IMG/VR virus record: IMGVR_UViG_3300024262_000034
Span: 1 to 57,191 of that record
From: a virus
Lineage: Duplodnaviria; Caudoviricetes
Direction: 5' to 3' (one strand)
Length of the DNA stretch: 57,191 nucleotides
Shown here: positions 35,165 to 45,055 of the stretch, piece by piece
Layout: the number at the start of each line of letters is the position of its first letter
Numbering within the stretch: the first letter of the stretch is position 1
Notes under the pieces: generated by a model
Told to the model about the DNA's origin: nothing
Database searches by the model: none
The model's input: only the letters and a program-made list of their open reading frames with translations
Program-made: the position numbers and the translations under genes

Positions 35165-36753
35165 TACTCCCCCCTCCACTTACCGTTCCAACAAGTCAAT
35201 AAAGTTCTTTGGCCATTTGGATAAATAATAATATGAGTGTGTGACCAACTGGATGGTCCATTATTATACCCCTGATCCATCGCACAGCTTGTTCCAGCCT
35301 GATACAGCCCTTCAATAATACAGGCTGAGTGACTATGCCCGATACAGAGCTTTCTGCCGATCTTATGTAGTGAAGCAGCCGAACCTCTGGAACCATTTGG
35401 CCCAAGGTGGCCGTGCCAGCCACACTCAATGCTGTCTTTGCAGATTGTGTAGGAGTCATCCACATCTAAGAACTTTATGTCTTCAGGACATTGCAGATGT
35501 TCCATGGCCCAACGGACAGGGTTGAATGAGTCACCCCGGTCCAGAGCTTCATAATAGGCCAGTTGAATCCGCAGGAACAGGAGTGCGTTCTTCGGATCGT
35601 CCCGGTAGTCACACCACTTCAACCACCGATTCAAAAAGTCATCATGGTTGCCGTAGCTGCAAATAATTTTGCCCCCGGATTCTTGAATGAATATTAGCAA
35701 AGTAATAAAATCTTTGAGTTCATCCTGAACCGAGTCCTGACAGTTTGCATAATTCTTGAATAATTCATGGGGGTCTTTCTGTTTATGTGGATTTATTGCA
35801 GCATTGTCAAGACCGTCATTAATAAACTGGTACTTTGGTTTAAGCGTTTTAGCAATACCATCGTCACCCCAATTAAGTTTTTCCATGTTGTCATCAATAT
35901 TTGCCGCATGGAGATCACCCCAAAAGATGGCTTCCACATCTTGATCTGTTCTTACCAGCTTGCCCCCTTGGAACAGGCAATTCAAATCCTGAATCTCCCC
36001 CCTCGGTCCAGAAGATATTTGTCGAACAAACCAATCGCCGCTTGCGTCAACCTCTACAAGCGTGGCGGCGTATTGGTGGTGGAATTCAGCCTTCAAACCT
36101 TCTTTTTTCTTAATGTAATTCCGTTGTGTTACCGTGCCCGTGGTGTAATTAAACTTGGTGTTCTGAAAACGACCGGATGCAACAGACTGCATAGACACCT
36201 TAACATGCGGAAAAATACCGGAGCGTCTTCGAGTGTATGTCTCCAAACCGGATAGTGGTCTGACAGCAGTAGGTAAAATATTCATTTCCCCACACCAGAC
36301 AAGGCCGGGGGCAATCTCCAGACTCTCATCAGAAACATAAATATTTAATTCTGGAGCGTACCATAAAGTATCTTGATGTTCCTCACTCCCCGGCTTAACG
36401 GATAGTTTACCAAACGCATTCTTGTTATAGGTGAATCGAGACACATGAACTTCAGCCTCATAATATACTGCCAAAGCCAATAAATTATTCCAAAATGGTT
36501 TATTTATTCGAGTATTGTTCTGAGCACAGGTTAGGATGTACCGTTTGACTCCAGATTCTGGAAGTGCCAACTGCTCAGAAGTCATGCTCTTTACGGAGCC
36601 ACCTGCAATTGGACCTTCAATCCCTTTCTTGCGAAGGTGGTGCTGCACAGTCTTCCGGTGTACCCCAAACCGCCGAGCCGTTTCCCGCACACAGGCTGTT
36701 TCTTGATAGACCCCAACCACTTCATCCGTATTAAGATTTTTATTTGCAGCCAA
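35164..36753 (-). CDS. N-terminal HTH plus calcineurin-like metallophosphoesterase, T5 A1-like putative DNase
   Basis: GDLH, GNHD, HGH and GHSH motifs. The AQNNT, ILPTAxRPLSG and YTTGTVTxxNY...AEFHH blocks are recalled from A1-like proteins. Confidence 0.7.
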   Translation of the reverse strand: MAANKNLNTDEVVGVYQETACVRETARRFGVHRKTVQHHLRKKGIEGPIAGGSVKSMTSEQLALPESGVKRYILTCAQNNTRINKPFWNNLLALAVYYEAEVHVSRFTYNKNAFGKLSVKPGSEEHQDTLWYAPELNIYVSDESLEIAPGLVWCGEMNILPTAVRPLSGLETYTRRRSGIFPHVKVSMQSVASGRFQNTKFNYTTGTVTQRNYIKKKEGLKAEFHHQYAATLVEVDASGDWFVRQISSGPRGEIQDLNCLFQGGKLVRTDQDVEAIFWGDLHAANIDDNMEKLNWGDDGIAKTLKPKYQFINDGLDNAAINPHKQKDPHELFKNYANCQDSVQDELKDFITLLIFIQESGGKIICSYGNHDDFLNRWLKWCDYRDDPKNALLFLRIQLAYYEALDRGDSFNPVRWAMEHLQCPEDIKFLDVDDSYTICKDSIECGWHGHLGPNGSRGSAASLHKIGRKLCIGHSHSACIIEGLYQAGTSCAMDQGYNNGPSSWSHTHIIIYPNGQRTLLTCWNGKWRGE

Positions 36754-36759
36754 AACAAA

Positions 36760-36996
36760 CTATCCTAAGAAGTATTTTTTGAGTCCAAGAGCAATCATAG
36801 CAAGTGCCCCTAAAGAAAGAGCACCAATAATGGTAAGAACACTCTTGCTTTTAATGCTTTCCGACATCAAGCGAAGATCACGGAGGTAGCTAAAATCTTT
36901 TTGCATATCCAAGGGATCATGAGGCTCAATGCCAAGAGATAACAAAGTCTCTTTTACTGTATCCATTACGACCTTTCGCAATTCTTTTTCATCCAT
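36760..36996 (-). CDS. Small membrane protein, holin-like
   Basis: C-terminal TM segment with a basic tail, located after the tail module. Confidence 0.5.
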   Translation of the reverse strand: MDEKELRKVVMDTVKETLLSLGIEPHDPLDMQKDFSYLRDLRLMSESIKSKSVLTIIGALSLGALAMIALGLKKYFLG

Positions 36997-37013
36997 GGTG
37001 TATCCTTCTTAGA

Positions 37014-37042
37014 ACTATACTCTATTCTCAGGTGGTTGTCAA
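37014..37042 (-). promoter_or_regulatory. Promoter TTGACA-N17-TATAGT
   Basis: Intergenic hexamers at 37037-37042 and 37014-37019. Confidence 0.6.
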
Positions 37043-37044
37043 GT

Positions 37045-39957
37045 CTAATTATATAAAATTGCGTAAGCATCTGCGGTTGACGGGTTTGTACACCGCAGAA
37101 ACGTCATAATCGTTCCAGTCGCTGTATCTTTATGGCGTATTTCTAAAATATCCGTATCTATAAGACCAACCACCGATCCAGATGTACCACCAGCCGTAAT
37201 AAGAGTCAGCCAACCACCAGTGTTTAATTGGTACTCAACATCACCCGCTATGGCTGCCGGTAGAGTAAATGTATGAGTTCCCGCCGTGCTTGCAGTAATG
37301 GTTCTGGCACTACTGGTTACATCATGGTCCAACACACCGTAAAGAAAATCATTATCCAACTCAGACGCAGAAATATCAAAATCGTGTGTCCACTTCTGTA
37401 AACTGATTTGAGTTCCACCTAATTGGTGTCGGACAGAAATTTCGGCCCGCAACCTTGAAGGAACAACTCCGGCGTTATTTCGTAAAATCTCCGTCCGAGT
37501 TGCATCAATATAGCCAACCGAAGCAGCATCCCACGCCGTGGTGAACAAGGACACGTCCCCAACACCGGGGTCTTCAATGATCTCAAGCTGGTACTCAGTC
37601 ATGTTGGCCGTTGGAAAGTCTGAGTTTATATCAGCCGCATCATTCTCAATATTGACAATCTCATCAAGAATTCTAAAGTCTCGTCGATTAAACGTAAATC
37701 GAATTCCATCTTCGTCATCCGTACCATAGTTAGTATCAATACTGGTAGTGGACGGAAAATCAGCAGAATTTATTTGCACGGCTGCCGGGGGGTATGGTTT
37801 AACTTCTCGCTCGGTTGATGTCACAGACATCACAAGAGCAGATGCCTCAAGCAACTCATCAGACGTGCTCTTTGGAATTAACTTAATGTCAACATTATTC
37901 CCTTGTGAAAACGAGGTCACTGCCAAACCTCCCACCATAAAGTACACTGGATCGTTGGTTGAATACGTTTGAGGTACTGTATCCAGCAAACCCCTGTGGG
38001 TGTTGTTCAATCGAATTCTATCTGGAGAAGTCAATACATCAAAAGATTCAAACGCCATAAACTCACCTACAATTGGGTCGGGATCGTCTGAAGCGTCTGT
38101 TGTGACGTAGATAAGGTTTGCCAACCGGCTACCAATATCTCCAGATGTGATAGCTCCAATGGCATCGTAATATTCTTCAATCTCATCCAATGTGCTCTGA
38201 TCTGCAAGAATATAAACAGTGCTGGTTCCATTCTCCGCAGATATGTTGGCTTGCAACTTGCCCTTTAAGAGTGAGTTGTTAAGTTCACCAGAATCATAAT
38301 ATGCCCCTGTCGGGGTTCCAGATGAATTTCTCTGACGAATAATAATCTGTGCTTCATTACCTTGAGTAATACCCCCAGTCCAAACCCGATTGGCTCCTGC
38401 CCCATCTGGATCACGAACTGTGATAGCTCGTGGAGCTTCCATGGCCACTTGATCAGATGCAGGTATAACAACAAGTGCATCCTCTGGATCAGACCATCCA
38501 GTTCCACCGGGATCACCAAAGGACGGAACAGCAAACTCAAAGAAATCTTCCAGCAGGTATAGAGTAATAGTATCATCAATGGGATCACCACCATCTATCT
38601 TAATGACCCGATAGGCTGCCTTATTCAAACCAAGTGTATCACTCTGAAGTGCGACTGGATCACCGGGAGCAACACCCCAAAAGGCACGATCAACCTTTAC
38701 GGTAGCCTTGGACATAGTGACCCCCTCAGATCGAAGATCACGCCAAGCAAGGCTGTTTGCTAGGGTCGCATCCTTAACCCCAATGTACTTTCGAGTAGAG
38801 GGAATGTTGACATTCTGTTGACGAAACATTGCCTGATCCTGAGCAAGAGCAAAGTCCTCCCCGTAATCAATCTCCCGATTACTAAATGAAATCCTTACAG
38901 CATTGGTACTCTGCTCCCACGTTGACCGTGAAAAGTCTTCAATAGCATTCACGGTAGCATCATTCAATTGTGGGATGGTGTCAATATCATACCCACCACG
39001 GATGGGATTGACTTTCCACTTTTGGTCCAAAGGATCAAAATAGAATACACAATCACACTGCTCTTGAATCTCAATCAACAAGTCTCCAGCCTCTATGGGC
39101 CGATCAATCATAAGACTTATACCATTACCCTTAGTTGATCCGTTTACTTCATCATACAGTGTATTACCAAAAGTAATAAAGCCCGCAGTATCTATGTCTG
39201 CCGGATCAATGCCCATACCCCAATCGGTATCAGTCATTATTTCGTAGGCCATGCACATGGGATTGGCATCATAAGTATTGACGATGTGTTTACCCGCAGA
39301 CATGCCCAGTTGATTAGGCAGCCGTTGAAGCTCAAAAGCCCACGGCTTGATCTGTGTACTGTTGCCAAGCCACCCCTGCTTCCAAACACAATAGCAGGTT
39401 CCCCGGTATGCAGGTGTATCCCCAGTAACTGCCGGTTCTTTTTGAAAGTCAGATAGATATGTGTTAGCTACTTGAGAATTGTCTCCAACAAGAAAATCTA
39501 AATTGCCAGTGATCCCACCATTGCCGAGTTCGCTGCCACCAAATAGATTGGGCTTATTAATAGTAATGGTTCCTGCCCCTGTTTGTCCCGTGTCCCAAAC
39601 AAGATCATCACCCACCCAAACACGCAGGAGCTTATCCACTGTACCCCGGCACAAAGCAAACTGAACGCCGAGAAAATATCTATACCCCACCACATACTCT
39701 TTTGTTGACCCAAACAAACCGGGATCAACATGACGAGTAAACGCCTTCTGTTTCAAGTCTCCATACCAAACCACGTTTGGCCCTTTGACCTTCATAGTCC
39801 CCCATAGCAATGGAACCACCCGGCCCTGTGTTGCAGTTGGAAACTGGAAGTCACCCAGTGATGCTCGCTTGGCCTCTTGAATATCTGGTTTGGGACGAAG
39901 TGCTTCTGCCGCCACATAAGAAATCGCCCACATTGCTACTAAAGCCCAAAAGCCCAT
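37045..39957 (-). CDS. Tail tip / central fibre protein (GTA gp15 / YuA-like)
   Basis: FQFPTATQGRVVPxxWGT, GPNVVWYGD, PAYRG and ANP motifs. Last gene of the tail module. Confidence 0.85.
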   Translation of the reverse strand: MGFWALVAMWAISYVAAEALRPKPDIQEAKRASLGDFQFPTATQGRVVPLLWGTMKVKGPNVVWYGDLKQKAFTRHVDPGLFGSTKEYVVGYRYFLGVQFALCRGTVDKLLRVWVGDDLVWDTGQTGAGTITINKPNLFGGSELGNGGITGNLDFLVGDNSQVANTYLSDFQKEPAVTGDTPAYRGTCYCVWKQGWLGNSTQIKPWAFELQRLPNQLGMSAGKHIVNTYDANPMCMAYEIMTDTDWGMGIDPADIDTAGFITFGNTLYDEVNGSTKGNGISLMIDRPIEAGDLLIEIQEQCDCVFYFDPLDQKWKVNPIRGGYDIDTIPQLNDATVNAIEDFSRSTWEQSTNAVRISFSNREIDYGEDFALAQDQAMFRQQNVNIPSTRKYIGVKDATLANSLAWRDLRSEGVTMSKATVKVDRAFWGVAPGDPVALQSDTLGLNKAAYRVIKIDGGDPIDDTITLYLLEDFFEFAVPSFGDPGGTGWSDPEDALVVIPASDQVAMEAPRAITVRDPDGAGANRVWTGGITQGNEAQIIIRQRNSSGTPTGAYYDSGELNNSLLKGKLQANISAENGTSTVYILADQSTLDEIEEYYDAIGAITSGDIGSRLANLIYVTTDASDDPDPIVGEFMAFESFDVLTSPDRIRLNNTHRGLLDTVPQTYSTNDPVYFMVGGLAVTSFSQGNNVDIKLIPKSTSDELLEASALVMSVTSTEREVKPYPPAAVQINSADFPSTTSIDTNYGTDDEDGIRFTFNRRDFRILDEIVNIENDAADINSDFPTANMTEYQLEIIEDPGVGDVSLFTTAWDAASVGYIDATRTEILRNNAGVVPSRLRAEISVRHQLGGTQISLQKWTHDFDISASELDNDFLYGVLDHDVTSSARTITASTAGTHTFTLPAAIAGDVEYQLNTGGWLTLITAGGTSGSVVGLIDTDILEIRHKDTATGTIMTFLRCTNPSTADAYAILYN

Positions 39958-40775
39958 TAATCAATTCCTACTTCAAAGGGGTTTTTAAGTGGTACAAATG
40001 GAAAACCACCATAGTTCAAAACATTATTAAACTTGGATTTACATATAGCCACTGTGTGAGCACAACCGGCAAACACGTTGCACACTTCGTCCAGCACATC
40101 AACCCGGAACGGTAATCGAAGTGTAAGTACATCACCAGTTTGATCAATGATTAGTCTCTGGTCACTCACCCCCGGAACCTCAATATGCCCACCAGTCGCC
40201 CATCCAGAACCCTTAGACGCTGAAAGACCATTAACAGTGATCGAAATACCAGACACTGTATCACAAGCTCCAGTAAACTTGAAGCTGGCATCTGACACCT
40301 GACACCGGGCATCATAGAGAATATGATTACACACACCCTGATACATAAACCGAGGAATCTCTCGGCCAACACTTGCAGTAGCGGGAAGTCCACTTAATCT
40401 GGCAATGCTTCCGTTATTAAAAAAGCCGACACTCTGAACAAACCCATCGAATATCTGAATGACTTCTGGAGTTGGTGTGTCTGTCCGATGGGACTTAAAT
40501 ATTTTCAGTGTGGGCCTGTCGGACGGTATGAGATTTACATACATCTGCACAAACGCATGAGTAGCTGGTAGCTCAACCTGTACACCGTCTGAATGATCTT
40601 CCATGGTGTTTTGAATCTCCCCCCGGTTGATCTGTTCTGGAGAGTATGTCTTCAGGCCAACAACAATCTCATCCTCATGGCTGGTCAGTAAATAGTTCGT
40701 TGAACCAACACTAATCTCAAATAGCTCTACCGGCTGGCCAGATGCTTGACTTATTTCTTTTGCATCAAAACTCAT
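39957..40775 (-). CDS. Baseplate hub protein (DUF2163/BR0599)
   Basis: CNHILYDxxC and GCxHxxxxCxxKFNNxxNYGGFPFVP motifs. Confidence 0.88.
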   Translation of the reverse strand: MSFDAKEISQASGQPVELFEISVGSTNYLLTSHEDEIVVGLKTYSPEQINRGEIQNTMEDHSDGVQVELPATHAFVQMYVNLIPSDRPTLKIFKSHRTDTPTPEVIQIFDGFVQSVGFFNNGSIARLSGLPATASVGREIPRFMYQGVCNHILYDARCQVSDASFKFTGACDTVSGISITVNGLSASKGSGWATGGHIEVPGVSDQRLIIDQTGDVLTLRLPFRVDVLDEVCNVFAGCAHTVAICKSKFNNVLNYGGFPFVPLKNPFEVGID

Positions 40776-42505
40776 GCTTCAAAAACTGCCTTTACTGGAA
40801 ATATTGTTTGTGCTTCACCAAGTGCATTGTTGTGAAAAATATCAACCACGTCTGAGTCCAAGCGTACTCGATCTAACCACTCAATCCTATCTATACCCTC
40901 TGGCTCTATATTGCTTGGCCAAGTTGTATCTAAAGTCAACTGTTCAGTTGTGCTGCTGATGACAGATGATCCCTGTATAACTCTATCTAGGGTTGTTCCG
41001 TCAGTTAGGTGGACCCGAATATTCTTCTTAGGATCATTCTCATTAACAAAAACAGAATAGCCAACATTAACAATGCTCATCGAGCTATTCCCACTAACCA
41101 GTGTAGCGTTGGGGGTCAACTCTTTAAAGAAAGAAGGTACATAAAAGGATACCGTCTTCCCTTTAAGATAATGCAAAAGCTGCCTCAACTCCCACAGGGA
41201 TTGGCGGCTGTTGGTTTTGAAACCCTTGGTGCTCAATAGTTTTCCAAAGGTATGACGACTTACAGTTTGAATCCTGCCTGTTTCATTATCTATGACTGTA
41301 ACTTGTCGCTCCCATGATTCACCAAGAGAGTCCCCTGACATTAAGTTGGGGCCGTCCAAAATAACCGCACCATTAAACGTATTAAACGCAGAAGCATCCG
41401 CAAGGTTTGCGTCATTATTATCAACCACAAAATTAACATCAAAATCCTGAACATTCAGTCGTCTTTTTGGTTTTCTAACTGCTCCAGATACAATTGCCGT
41501 TCTCACCGGGAATACTTCTGATCCAACACCATACGCATTAGTAACAGCCGTATTAAACGTGATTGTGTTAGCAGTAATACCACTTATTTCAAGTGCATCA
41601 AAGGTAAAACGATCTGTAAACACCACAGCCAATCCACCAACTCGGAAGTCCCCGTAGCTGGTATCATCAACATTAATTACAGTATCTCCAATAGAGATGA
41701 CCGAAGTAACAACCGATGGCTCCCACCAGATGGGCACACCAAAGATACTTGCCGACCAGTTAAACAACATTATGTCCAGTGCCTGTCTGTCCTCAGCATC
41801 CAATGTAACTCGATAGTTTAATAATTGGCGGGGGTTTTTTCGCTTTGTAATTCTCTGTTCTGTCCCATCAAGTCGCTCGTGTACGGTTGTTAAAAACTCC
41901 AATGTTTCTTTAACTGGAACTTCAGGGCGGAATGAAAACAAGACCAACCGTTGTCCAGTAACCGGTAAGTACGCTGTGTACAAACCAGTAAATTCAAAAT
42001 CCAGCGTACCGTCAATATTCGGTGCTCCATCAGAAGCAACATTGAAATCAAGCACAATACTTCGCAGTGGTAGAATATCTTCCGGGGGAGTTACCGCAGG
42101 ATCAGTTATGTCCGTTATTCCAACATCCGCATTGTTCGCAAAGCTGGCATACTCTTGGGTTGTTTCTTTAAATGCGTTGAATAACTCGACCTGAAAAACT
42201 TCTTCCGTAATGATGTTACCAAGAGTGATAGCTCTAGGAATCACATGGACCTTCTCAAACCACTCGGCTCCGGCTCCAAGGGCAAGTTCTGTGTGTCCCA
42301 CATAATTTACACTGGGGTTTGAAGTACCGAACCCTGTAGTTAAGTAGCCAGCAGTTGCCTGCGGTGTGGGCTGTAAATCTGCAATTGTATAATTAGCCCG
42401 GTCCACGCCAGCAATAGATTGCCAACCGGAGTAGTTATTACTAACACCCCCAAGTTGATCTGACAGCCCGTGATCATCCTGAGATATTCCAACGAAGTTG
42501 GCCAT
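40772..42505 (-). CDS. Distal tail / tail assembly protein
   Basis: ETLEFLT...GTEQR...PRQ, LxGK...FYVPSF and RLDSD motifs, plus position. Confidence 0.72.
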   Translation of the reverse strand: MANFVGISQDDHGLSDQLGGVSNNYSGWQSIAGVDRANYTIADLQPTPQATAGYLTTGFGTSNPSVNYVGHTELALGAGAEWFEKVHVIPRAITLGNIITEEVFQVELFNAFKETTQEYASFANNADVGITDITDPAVTPPEDILPLRSIVLDFNVASDGAPNIDGTLDFEFTGLYTAYLPVTGQRLVLFSFRPEVPVKETLEFLTTVHERLDGTEQRITKRKNPRQLLNYRVTLDAEDRQALDIMLFNWSASIFGVPIWWEPSVVTSVISIGDTVINVDDTSYGDFRVGGLAVVFTDRFTFDALEISGITANTITFNTAVTNAYGVGSEVFPVRTAIVSGAVRKPKRRLNVQDFDVNFVVDNNDANLADASAFNTFNGAVILDGPNLMSGDSLGESWERQVTVIDNETGRIQTVSRHTFGKLLSTKGFKTNSRQSLWELRQLLHYLKGKTVSFYVPSFFKELTPNATLVSGNSSMSIVNVGYSVFVNENDPKKNIRVHLTDGTTLDRVIQGSSVISSTTEQLTLDTTWPSNIEPEGIDRIEWLDRVRLDSDVVDIFHNNALGEAQTIFPVKAVFEA

Positions 42506-43497
42506 TACGGAACCTTCTTATATGCTAAGCCACCATTCCAAGACTGTTGAGTATCATCTAAATCATACTTCTTTCTTACGATAGGAAATATAATCCAAGT
42601 ACCCCCACCAACAGTGATTTCCTGTGCTTCAGTAAACCCACCAATATTAAGGTGCTTCACATTAGACAAGAAGCCCAACAGATAATACTCGTCATTGCCA
42701 ACAGGTGTTTCATCTACATACCAAAGTGGTATGGGTATCAAAGGAACAAAAGCATTGACCAAGTTAGATGGAAGCCACCCAAACTGGGTGAGATAGGTAC
42801 TCGCTCTACAACCCCCCTGAATAATAACTCTAGCTACAGCCCCCCTGTCTGTACCCTCAGTTATATTAGCACCACCAATAACACCCCACTTGCCAGAACC
42901 ACCTTGATTAGGAAGTCCTTCACAGTGAAGAGTGGCCGACACCTTAACGGCTGAATTTTGAATAGTTATACCATCTGCTAATACAGAATGCCAGCTATAC
43001 GCGGGATCGTCTGACGTACCACCTGTTGTCCAGTAGTGTCCTGCAACAAACTCACCACCAGTCCAGTCTCCAATCTTAGCAATATTACCAAACGCAAAGT
43101 GTCGGTATATGCCGGGGCTAAACTCCAGAACAACATACACAACATCTGGTGATGTGCTCAAGAAAAAATCAGTTCGAGTGAATGAACCATTACCAATACC
43201 ACTGATGCGGCGTTCCGTTGTAAATGGTCCTGACGTACTGGCAACCCCATTACCAGAATCATCCGTGTGTGCCCAGGGATTGGCCCCTGCACCTGCATAA
43301 CCTAAAGACTGGTACATAGCAATGCTATCACTATTGTCCCACTGAAACGACACATAGCAGCTTCCCTTGTGAAAAGTAGCTTTTTCGTTAGTGGTGTCCA
43401 ATAAATCTTCTGTCCAACCATTGGCTGTTATAAATGTAGATAGTGTTTGAATCAACGACTGTTGGTTGCTTATACTTAATGACTTTTGATAGGCCAT
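42505..43497 (-). CDS. Minor tail structural protein
   Basis: Position after the tape measure gene and YRHFxFG motif of YuA-like virion proteins. Confidence 0.68.
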   Translation of the reverse strand: MAYQKSLSISNQQSLIQTLSTFITANGWTEDLLDTTNEKATFHKGSCYVSFQWDNSDSIAMYQSLGYAGAGANPWAHTDDSGNGVASTSGPFTTERRISGIGNGSFTRTDFFLSTSPDVVYVVLEFSPGIYRHFAFGNIAKIGDWTGGEFVAGHYWTTGGTSDDPAYSWHSVLADGITIQNSAVKVSATLHCEGLPNQGGSGKWGVIGGANITEGTDRGAVARVIIQGGCRASTYLTQFGWLPSNLVNAFVPLIPIPLWYVDETPVGNDEYYLLGFLSNVKHLNIGGFTEAQEITVGGGTWIIFPIVRKKYDLDDTQQSWNGGLAYKKVP

Positions 43498-43498
43498 T

Positions 43499-45052
43499 TT
43501 ATTCTTCCTTTATAGCAAGAAAATTAAACTGATCTGTTTTATTGCAATTTGGAAATACCCGATAAACATCAGAACCCACTGTAATGGTGTCCAAAGCCAC
43601 AGGTGTAGGATTGGCAAGAAAATCTGCTACGTTGCTGTACCAGAACACACCATCCATCTCACCAAGCAACTGCCTATCTTCAACCGGAACTTTTACTGCA
43701 AGTGTGGCCGGAATCATTACATACTGATGACCACCAGAGTCTGGTGTTGGCATCAATTTCTTAGTTGTCGCCCCCGGATTACCTGTATTGGGAATAAAAT
43801 CATCCCATTCGGCAATAGTAACCGAGTTTGTGTCAAAGTACAGGTCTGCCCCTGATGGTACTAAACCAATATCCTGCGAAGGCATGACAATGCGGTTAGT
43901 GACAGCATCATCATCTGCCTCTCTATTAGCCACATTACGCCAAGAACCCCCCGGAAACCGCACCTCACCGGGACCATCATGTGTTTCCGTTAATATTTTT
44001 GCTATAGGGTTGGTTAAACCACCAAAACCGAATCCTGACGTACCAATCAAAAATTCTTCATCACTGGTACATCCAGCGATATACAGTGGATACGGATATT
44101 CAGAGGTGGTGGAGAATGGGTTCAAAAACCCCATGTACATGTTTGGATATTGAGAGCCAATCTTGGCTACCATGATAATTCGATTGCTGTCCACAGCAAA
44201 CCAATAATCCATTGTAACATCATCAAGAGGAATCCAACAGCCACCGTTGGTTGGTGATTCATGCCGACCGGGGCTAATACCCGCTTGTGAGGCCCATGCC
44301 AAGTTAGCGTCGAACCCGGTAAAGCCCGCAAGCTCCCACTGTTTGTAGCCATTGGCTGGTGAAAGAAATGTTCGTACACCAACATAAATCTCATCCGAAC
44401 CGGCTCCAGTTCCTTGAAGAATTACTTCTCTCTCAGAAGGGGCGTTGCTGCGTTGAATGTTCCAGCCCCCATTGGCCATGGTTAGGGTGAGTGTACATCC
44501 AGAACCACCAGCCGGAGAAACAGTTGTTGCAATAGGGTTTGACGGATCAGCCGAATAAATTCCACAGCTTGCAACACGAACCGTCAAGACTGCTCCACCA
44601 CCATCGACAGTTAAAACTTCAAACTCAGCAGTGTGTCGGGTTTTAAATATAAGATCAAGCGTACAACCTGTGCCGGATGCTGAGGCTGTCGTAGATACTG
44701 AATTACTTGGATTAGATGAATATGCTCCTGCTTCAAGGACAACAACTTCGGTGACAGCCCCGGAAGAAACCTTCGTAACCGTTGCTGTAGCTGTGACTGA
44801 AGCTGTGCCCCCGCTTATTGTAAGTACCTCACCCACAACATAGGATGCTCCCCCGGATGCTACTTCACACTGAACTACAAAATCATGCGTACCCGAAGCA
44901 TCCGTCAGTGTATCTCCAACAGAATAAGTAGTCCCACCAGCAGCTACAACTGCCGAGGCCACATGCCGTTCAGTACATAAAGCCACCATAATATCAAGCA
45001 AGTCTTTACGATCTGTTGCTTGTTCACCAGATTTACTTTTAAGCCATGCCAT
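43499..45052 (-). CDS. Minor tail structural protein with nested Gly/Thr-rich beta repeats
   Basis: DEIYVG, YxGFxxP...EYPYPL and GEMDGV motifs. Internal repeat at aa 31-192. Confidence 0.7.
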   Translation of the reverse strand: MAWLKSKSGEQATDRKDLLDIMVALCTERHVASAVVAAGGTTYSVGDTLTDASGTHDFVVQCEVASGGASYVVGEVLTISGGTASVTATATVTKVSSGAVTEVVVLEAGAYSSNPSNSVSTTASASGTGCTLDLIFKTRHTAEFEVLTVDGGGAVLTVRVASCGIYSADPSNPIATTVSPAGGSGCTLTLTMANGGWNIQRSNAPSEREVILQGTGAGSDEIYVGVRTFLSPANGYKQWELAGFTGFDANLAWASQAGISPGRHESPTNGGCWIPLDDVTMDYWFAVDSNRIIMVAKIGSQYPNMYMGFLNPFSTTSEYPYPLYIAGCTSDEEFLIGTSGFGFGGLTNPIAKILTETHDGPGEVRFPGGSWRNVANREADDDAVTNRIVMPSQDIGLVPSGADLYFDTNSVTIAEWDDFIPNTGNPGATTKKLMPTPDSGGHQYVMIPATLAVKVPVEDRQLLGEMDGVFWYSNVADFLANPTPVALDTITVGSDVYRVFPNCNKTDQFNFLAIKEE

Positions 45053-45055
45053 TAT

